Shown piece by piece: positions 41,165 through 46,181 of a stretch of DNA of 46,181 nucleotides. Each line of letters starts with the position of its first letter. Position 1 is the stretch's first letter. The notes under the pieces are model-generated. The model worked only from the letters and a program-made list of their open reading frames with translations. It was not told the DNA's origin and made no database searches. The stretch is from a virus. Taxonomy: Duplodnaviria; Caudoviricetes. A program made the position numbers and the translations under genes. Location: positions 1-46,181 of IMG/VR virus record IMGVR_UViG_3300028906_000006; one strand, given 5' to 3'.

Positions 41165-41295
41165 CAGCCATCCGTCTTCTTGATGGTCCTCGGCCTGCGA
41201 AACATCCGGTACGTGAGATACATCAGCCAGCACGGCCCGGCAAATCCCCAAAACAACAGCCAAGCATAGGCCAGCAGTAGGGCATCGCCACGCAT
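41164..41295 (-). CDS. 43-aa membrane peptide (not in the ORF track)
   Basis: MRGDALLLAYAWLLFWGFAGPCWLMYLTYRMFRRPRTIKKTDG; TGATG overlaps at both ends. Confidence 0.55.
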   Translation of the reverse strand: MRGDALLLAYAWLLFWGFAGPCWLMYLTYRMFRRPRTIKKTDG

Positions 41296-41555
41296 CAGCC
41301 ACCGTTGGCCGTGAACGGCGGCAGCAGATTACTCAAGCGAGTGTACGCATCTAAATAAGCCAATTCTATCCCCGCATTGCAGTCGTGGTTCAAGTCTTCC
41401 CGCTTGCGTGCTGCGGCATGCTCTTTCAGCTTGGCGAAGTCCAAGGCTAGGGCCCAGAGGGCTTTGGCTTCGTCGTCCGTCATTTTACGCCCCAAATTGA
41501 ATGGAAAATACGGCTTGCATAAGCGCAAAACATATACAATTTCAGCCGCACCCAT
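41295..41555 (-). CDS. Hypothetical protein (start uncertain)
   Basis: Up to 86 aa, helical. Confidence 0.45.
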   Translation of the reverse strand: MGAAEIVYVLRLCKPYFPFNLGRKMTDDEAKALWALALDFAKLKEHAAARKREDLNHDCNAGIELAYLDAYTRLSNLLPPFTANGG

Positions 41556-41607
41556 TGCCCAGGAAAGCGCATTGGATTTGCTAGCAATATCTTCCCGTAT
41601 AAGGTGG

Positions 41608-42360
41608 TCATGCCATCGCCTCGATCACTGACTGGTCTTGCACCAGCCCGTCCAGGTCCAGCCCCACCGCCGGTGCCACGCCGCTCGCCTTGAGCCAGTC
41701 CCGGGATACGGGGCTGTAGGCCTCGTCCACGTTTGCCATCCAGAACTGCCAGCTTGTGCGGTAGACCTTGCCCCAGCTAACCAGAGCGAATCCTGACCGC
41801 CCATAGCCGGTGACCAGCACGCAATGCCCTTCTCCGCTTGGCTTGTCGTTTGGCCGGTACTTCCAGTCTGGCTCCTGGCCAGCATTGATCTGGTCAGCCA
41901 TGGAGCTGGGTACGGAAAATCCCACCAAAACCCCGCCGAATGTGTACGTTGCCACCTTGATCTGGTCGGTGTTCTGCACGTCCAGTGAAGCAAAGGTTTG
42001 CCACGGCGGCCGGCCAACGTAGCCCGTACGGAGCCCGTAGTGCATCGCGGTCAGCATGTCGCAGCCGCGGTCGCTGGCCGGATCGCCAGGCACGTAGTTG
42101 CCTACGGCGGAGTAGTCGGCTATGACTTGTTCATCGGTGATTTCGGTGGGCGGCTTGGCTGTGACTACCTGCCAAGAGAGTTCGAGGTGCGCGCAGGCAG
42201 CAATAACACAATCCCCGGTTGAATCGTTAAGAAGCATCCCGTAGTGGATCGGACGCTCATACGCCCACACTTCTGGCCGCGGCACGTAGGAGGGCCGCAA
42301 ATAGTTGCTGAGGGGCAACGTCGTGGCGGCCCGCCGGAGTGGTAGCTTGCCGAATTTCAT
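41608..42360 (-). CDS. Papain-like cysteine peptidase
   Basis: NDSTGDCVIAA (catalytic Cys), DRGC, GHCVLVTGY (His), VSWG. Confidence 0.8.
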   Translation of the reverse strand: MKFGKLPLRRAATTLPLSNYLRPSYVPRPEVWAYERPIHYGMLLNDSTGDCVIAACAHLELSWQVVTAKPPTEITDEQVIADYSAVGNYVPGDPASDRGCDMLTAMHYGLRTGYVGRPPWQTFASLDVQNTDQIKVATYTFGGVLVGFSVPSSMADQINAGQEPDWKYRPNDKPSGEGHCVLVTGYGRSGFALVSWGKVYRTSWQFWMANVDEAYSPVSRDWLKASGVAPAVGLDLDGLVQDQSVIEAMA

Positions 42361-42983
42361 AGGCTCTGTGGAAGGCTAGCGAGGGCCTTGTCCACCGGTG
42401 CGTTGCCAGTCTTTTCCGTGACGATCTGCACGTAGGTCGACTTCATGCCCTTCACAAAGTTGTTCAGCGTCCCAGCCGCCAGCTTGTCATCCGATTCCAG
42501 TTGCTTGACTGGTTCGCCGGAGGTCAGCTTGGCCGCCACCAAGGGAATCAGGGCAACGATGGCTTGCGCGGCAGCGATCGCCAAAGCGACTAATTGTGTC
42601 AGTTTGGAGACAGTTGTCGGGTCTGTGACTTGGAACGCCGCAAGGATGTTCCCAAGGCTTGCAACGATGCTCTGCATAACTGCTTCGATCTGACTCAATG
42701 TTCCGGTCGAGGCGTTGGCCTGATACACGGCAACCAAGTCCTGCACGTTCTTGATCTCGGCGGCAACGTCGTCACCAATCTTCTTGATGGCGGCAGTAAT
42801 GGCCGGTGACACAGTGGACCCTGAGAGCGCAGCCACGAAGGAGATAGCAGCGGTTACCAGCGTCTCAAGGATGGGCAGCATGCTGGACAGGGACGCCAAC
42901 CACGCCGCGGAACATGCGACTGTAAAGCAAGCTACCTGCAACAGCAAGAAAACAAAAGCAAAACGCTTCCAGTTGATTCTCAC
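42357..42983 (-). CDS. Helical lipoprotein / membrane protein
   Basis: AAGGAG SD with GTG start; WKRFAFVFLLLQVACFTVAC lipobox-like; long amphipathic helices. Confidence 0.65.
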   Translation of the reverse strand: MRINWKRFAFVFLLLQVACFTVACSAAWLASLSSMLPILETLVTAAISFVAALSGSTVSPAITAAIKKIGDDVAAEIKNVQDLVAVYQANASTGTLSQIEAVMQSIVASLGNILAAFQVTDPTTVSKLTQLVALAIAAAQAIVALIPLVAAKLTSGEPVKQLESDDKLAAGTLNNFVKGMKSTYVQIVTEKTGNAPVDKALASLPQSL

Positions 42984-43135
42984 GGTTTCTCCTTTTCTTT
43001 CGTGCCTTTTTGGCTGGTAATCTCGCCCCACGGCGTGATACGAAACGACTCCGAGCAGCCCTCGCACACCCACCGCGTTCCCTTCTCGAAAGGGCCTTCC
43101 TGCTTCACCAGACGGATGTGGGGGCATTCAGTCAT
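42980..43135 (-). CDS. Small zinc-binding protein, 51 aa (not in the ORF track)
   Basis: MTECPH...WVCEGCS...; overlaps at both ends. Confidence 0.5.
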   Translation of the reverse strand: MTECPHIRLVKQEGPFEKGTRWVCEGCSESFRITPWGEITSQKGTKEKEKP

Positions 43136-43284
43136 TTCTTGCGCCTGTCACGCTTTCTGATCTTCATCTTTAATTCTTTCAAGCAGACTTTGCAAGGGAG
43201 AAGTATGTTTTCTTTGGCCGCCAGCCGCAGGTATTCTTCCTCGCCTGGGGGGATCTCTTTCTTACACAGGGCACAAGTCTTCAT
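43132..43284 (-). CDS. Small zinc-finger protein
   Basis: MKTCALCKKEI...CKVC with a basic tail. Confidence 0.55.
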   Translation of the reverse strand: MKTCALCKKEIPPGEEEYLRLAAKENILLPCKVCLKELKMKIRKRDRRKK

Positions 43285-43469
43285 GGCACCCGATGCGGTC
43301 CCCAATATGGCCCTCCGAGCATCCCAGTGAACGACAACAGCCAGATAATCACAATCACCACCAGAATCACCTTGGCGACGTTGGCCCACGGCTGGGGAAG
43401 CGGAATGATGCTGAGCAGGTAGAAAATCAGCCCGATCACGAGCACCGCGATCAAAAGTGAGATGAGCAT
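43281..43469 (-). CDS. Two-TM membrane protein (Thivi_2564-like; holin candidate)
   Basis: LLIAVLVIGLIFYLL..IPLPQPW....KVILVVIVIIWLL; AAGGAG SD. Confidence 0.75.
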   Translation of the reverse strand: MLISLLIAVLVIGLIFYLLSIIPLPQPWANVAKVILVVIVIIWLLSFTGMLGGPYWGPHRVP

Positions 43470-43470
43470 G

Positions 43471-43860
43471 TCAGTTTACTCCTTGTTTTGCTGCTACGAG
43501 GGCCGAGGTCTTGACTTTGAGATCCGCTAGGCACGCGGTCAGGGCATCGAACTGTATCCGGCTGTCCCCGGCATTGAGCACCGCTTGCCTGTAGGCGTCG
43601 TAGGCTTTTTGCGTCTTTTCTTGAGAGTCGATCGCCCATGCCAGCGCGTGGCTTATGTCTGCGGCCTGCGTTGGTGTCCATCCGGTTGCGCTGGTGGCCA
43701 GTTGAATCTTGGTGCGCTCGATCAGCGAATTGGAGGCTACCAGAGCCTTGTAGGCTGATTCGTCAAACGTGCCCACGGACCCAGCGGTTGCCAGCGGGGC
43801 ATGGGTTGGCTGCTGGCCAGCGCAGCCGCTAAGCAAAACAGCTAGCAACAGGATTCTCAT
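43471..43860 (-). CDS. Lipoprotein (spanin-like candidate)
   Basis: MRILLLAVLLSG-C lipobox; helical body. Confidence 0.7.
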   Translation of the reverse strand: MRILLLAVLLSGCAGQQPTHAPLATAGSVGTFDESAYKALVASNSLIERTKIQLATSATGWTPTQAADISHALAWAIDSQEKTQKAYDAYRQAVLNAGDSRIQFDALTACLADLKVKTSALVAAKQGVN

Positions 43861-44273
43861 GTACGCACAGTCTCCCGCGCTTCTTTGTCGTCGACCACCG
43901 ATTGCTTCAACTGATGCTCCGCCAGCTTCCTGTCGGCAGCGTCGGCAGCGGCCAGATGCGCCGGATCTTTGGTCAGGTTGGCAAGCGTGCGCGCTGTTGT
44001 AGCGTACAGCATCAATTGCTGGCCCATCTGGGAATTCACGAGAACGTGTGTTTTGTTGGCTACGTCCAGAATCACGGCGTTCTGATGGTCCACCTTGGCG
44101 ACAGACAGTGCTGCTACTTCCGCGACTCGTTCCGCCTTGGTCGCTGCGGCATCCGCTGCTTTCCTTGCCAGCCAGCCGTTGAACAGCTGAATCGTTGTGA
44201 GCACCGCCAGCAGGATCGGAGTCAGCGCCACAATCAGGATGTTCATGGCCGCTACGTCAATCGCTGCCGTCAT
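43857..44273 (-). CDS. Membrane-anchored coiled-coil protein (holin / inner spanin candidate)
   Basis: N-terminal TM helix; THVLVNSQM motif; GGAGGG SD. Confidence 0.6.
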   Translation of the reverse strand: MTAAIDVAAMNILIVALTPILLAVLTTIQLFNGWLARKAADAAATKAERVAEVAALSVAKVDHQNAVILDVANKTHVLVNSQMGQQLMLYATTARTLANLTKDPAHLAAADAADRKLAEHQLKQSVVDDKEARETVRT

Positions 44274-44514
44274 GGAGCCCTCCCTTCTCTGCTACGTTGT
44301 GGGCTGGCGGAGATTTGCTCACGCGCGGATTCCATCTTCGGTTGCCTTGCGCCAAGATCCCAATAATTATCTCCTGAAAAGCCTGATTGTGCGCGTGGCA
44401 AAATCTTGCAGTTCTCGACCTCGGGCGTGTGCATGGCACGAAGGTAGTGTAGTCGTCCTCTGGCGTGTCATCCACGGTGACGATGACTCTACGAAATGCG
44501 ATGCAGCGGGCCAC
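44257..44514 (-). CDS. Hypothetical protein
   Basis: 85 aa; C...C......FC.AH. Confidence 0.45.
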   Translation of the reverse strand: MARCIAFRRVIVTVDDTPEDDYTTFVPCTRPRSRTARFCHAHNQAFQEIIIGILAQGNRRWNPRVSKSPPAHNVAEKGGLHDGSD

Positions 44515-44526
44515 ATCAGTTCGCCT

Positions 44527-45633
44527 TCATGGATTCACCTGCATGGGTGCTCCGATGTACTTCTCGAAAGTTGGATTGGCGTAGTAGATTGTCGGACCTT
44601 GGAGGCTTGTGAATTGCCCCCACTGGAAGCATTGCTTAGCCAATTTGTACGTGCCTCGCCCTCCAATGCTTTCGATAATTCCAGACAGCCCGTTGGGAAT
44701 GCTTGCAGGGTCTATCAGAGTTTGGCCGTCATTGTCATCGCAGTTGCGGATAGTGATTGTGGACCCTAGAGTCTTGTTGAGCACCAAATATGTTGCGCCC
44801 TGGGCGTCGGCGATACGGACGCTATCAATGATGATATTGGATGGACTTCTTCCACAGTTGATGGTCAGCCAGGGGGAGTTGACCAAGTTCTCAGACAGGA
44901 TGTCTTCGAAGCGGTATCCATCCATCAACTGAATGTCAGGAGTACTCAGGATAGCCGCTGAAGTAAGGAATCCTCCGCGTACAGTGACATAACCGAAGTT
45001 GCTGATGGATAATGCAGGACCGTTTCCTTTTGAGGCGATTGAGCAATCCAAAAGGCGCAGATTGAATCCCGCGGGGATGTTGCCAGCAGAAGAATCGAGC
45101 AGGAGCGGAGTGACGCTTCCGCCCATCGCGCAGTGCTTAAAGCCGATGTTTGAGCAACCAGTTCCGGCATTGTCGTGGACATGGACAACAGGCTGTTGCT
45201 GCGTCCCCTGCACCTGCATGTTTATGCCTTCAAAGTATACTTCGAGCACGCCGTTGATGTCCACGAACGGAGTTGATAGATTTGTCGGCGTTCGCCATTG
45301 CACCCAACTCGCCGATGGCCCGAAGAGGAATGGCCCGGAAAGCCCTTCAAAGTTGCTGGTGCGTCCGATGAAAGCGTTGAAGTTTCCCACGTTGATGCGG
45401 TTGGCGTATAGCCCATTGTCAAATAGGAAGTAGAGCCAGCCATTGTCCCCATTAGGAAAAGTTATCGTGTCCACCTTGCATGGGCGTGGGGATGGAGGAA
45501 AATATACCGGACCAGGACTGCCGCCAGCATGAAGCATTGCAGCGGCGTCGTTGATGGTCTTCTGAACAGAGGCAGTGTCATCTGTTACGCCGTCGCAGAC
45601 TGCCCCGCCGTAGGTCATAATGTCAAAATTCAT
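44527..45633 (-). CDS. Pectate-lyase-like beta-helix protein (tailspike/depolymerase)
   Basis: FDIMTYGGAVCDGVTDDTASVQKTI...VYFP signature, followed by beta-helix rungs. Confidence 0.8.
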   Translation of the reverse strand: MNFDIMTYGGAVCDGVTDDTASVQKTINDAAAMLHAGGSPGPVYFPPSPRPCKVDTITFPNGDNGWLYFLFDNGLYANRINVGNFNAFIGRTSNFEGLSGPFLFGPSASWVQWRTPTNLSTPFVDINGVLEVYFEGINMQVQGTQQQPVVHVHDNAGTGCSNIGFKHCAMGGSVTPLLLDSSAGNIPAGFNLRLLDCSIASKGNGPALSISNFGYVTVRGGFLTSAAILSTPDIQLMDGYRFEDILSENLVNSPWLTINCGRSPSNIIIDSVRIADAQGATYLVLNKTLGSTITIRNCDDNDGQTLIDPASIPNGLSGIIESIGGRGTYKLAKQCFQWGQFTSLQGPTIYYANPTFEKYIGAPMQVNP

Positions 45634-46034
45634 GGTGCTAGATTCCCTCCCACGCGCCAGAAGATATGATCCCCAGCGGCGGCATCAAATCGGAGATACT
45701 TCGTTGTAACTCTGATGTTGCGGGGATCGTAGGCTTCGCCTTCCTTGAGATGCTGTTTCAGGCCGTCGTTGATAGGATGGGTGTTGTCGAATATCCAGAC
45801 CGTCAGCGACTTCGGGATTATCTTGTTGGGAGGCAGAGGCTTGACGATGCGCTTGAAGATAATCGTGTGCTTGGCCTTCATCTCGGCCAATTCTGTTTTG
45901 GTAGCAGGTACTGTAACATCTCCCCAGAATATAGGCGATACAGATGCAGGAGTGAACGTATGAGGTTTTGGAATTGGCGCTTGGGCTGCTGCTGATCCTG
46001 CGAGCAACAAGACAATCAGGCTAGCTATTCGCAC
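45630..46034 (-). CDS. Secreted hypothetical protein
   Basis: MRIASLIVLLLAGSAAA-Q signal peptide; GAGG SD. Confidence 0.65.
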   Translation of the reverse strand: MRIASLIVLLLAGSAAAQAPIPKPHTFTPASVSPIFWGDVTVPATKTELAEMKAKHTIIFKRIVKPLPPNKIIPKSLTVWIFDNTHPINDGLKQHLKEGEAYDPRNIRVTTKYLRFDAAAGDHIFWRVGGNLAP

Positions 46035-46181
46035 AATGCCTCACAAACGTATAAGACTGAGTGGCAACCGGAGTGCCGGTGAAAGTCCAAGTAATGCCAG
46101 TGCGAGTTAGTGCAGAGGGAACGGGATTAGAGAGTATCCCGAATGTCCCTCCCTCTTGAATTAACGTACACCAGCCTGATG
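46021..46181 (-). CDS. C-terminal fragment of a fibre protein (runs off the right edge)
   Basis: ...SGWCTLIQEGGTFGILSNPVPSALTRTGITWTFTGTPVATQSYTFVRHCANS-stop. Confidence 0.65.
   Translation of the reverse strand, partial: SGWCTLIQEGGTFGILSNPVPSALTRTGITWTFTGTPVATQSYTFVRHCANS

Noticed and set aside
1-46181. tRNA genes, CRISPR arrays, DGR or retron reverse transcriptase, integrase/att site, stop-codon recoding
   Set aside because: I saw no cloverleaf, repeat-spacer array, YxDD reverse transcriptase or recombinase motif, and genes tile well under the standard code.
1-46181. Host assignment (gene style suggested Acidobacteriota)
   Set aside because: Impression only. Lipoproteins and signal peptides fit a diderm host, but no sequence evidence here fixes the taxon.

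Overview
The window looks like a nearly complete ~46.2 kb tailed-phage genome of short-tailed (podovirus-type) design. Almost all genes are on the minus strand, and the sequence appears to be opened inside a tailspike-like gene whose N-terminal 588 codons lie at 1..1764 and whose probable C-terminus lies at 46021..46181. The early region (about 40085 down to 30802) encodes an ERF recombinase, several nucleases, a short C5 methyltransferase, an Acb2/Tad1-like sponge and many small Cys-rich ORFs. I see no integrase, repressor, polymerase, primase, helicase or replication initiator. The late region runs from about 30700 down to 1 and then from 46181 down to 40739. In order it encodes TerS, a large terminase split into separate ATPase and nuclease genes, portal, head fibre, scaffold, SU10-type major capsid, a five-gene glycosylation/methylation cassette, adaptor, nozzle, ejection proteins, tailspikes, a lysis-like cassette and a Sequestin-like sponge. 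The most unusual observations are: (1) a ~480-nt densely paired, pseudoknotted or switch-like RNA element upstream of a LAGLIDADG gene; (2) the split TerL with protein-repair and phosphatase-like genes inserted between its halves; (3) virion fibre proteins carrying Sec signal peptides; (4) a shared C-terminal F(Y/F)G motif on disordered proteins; (5) candidate ATC/ATT start codons; (6) eight free-standing homing-type endonucleases, several with their own promoters. All calls come from motif recognition by eye; no database search or folding program was run.
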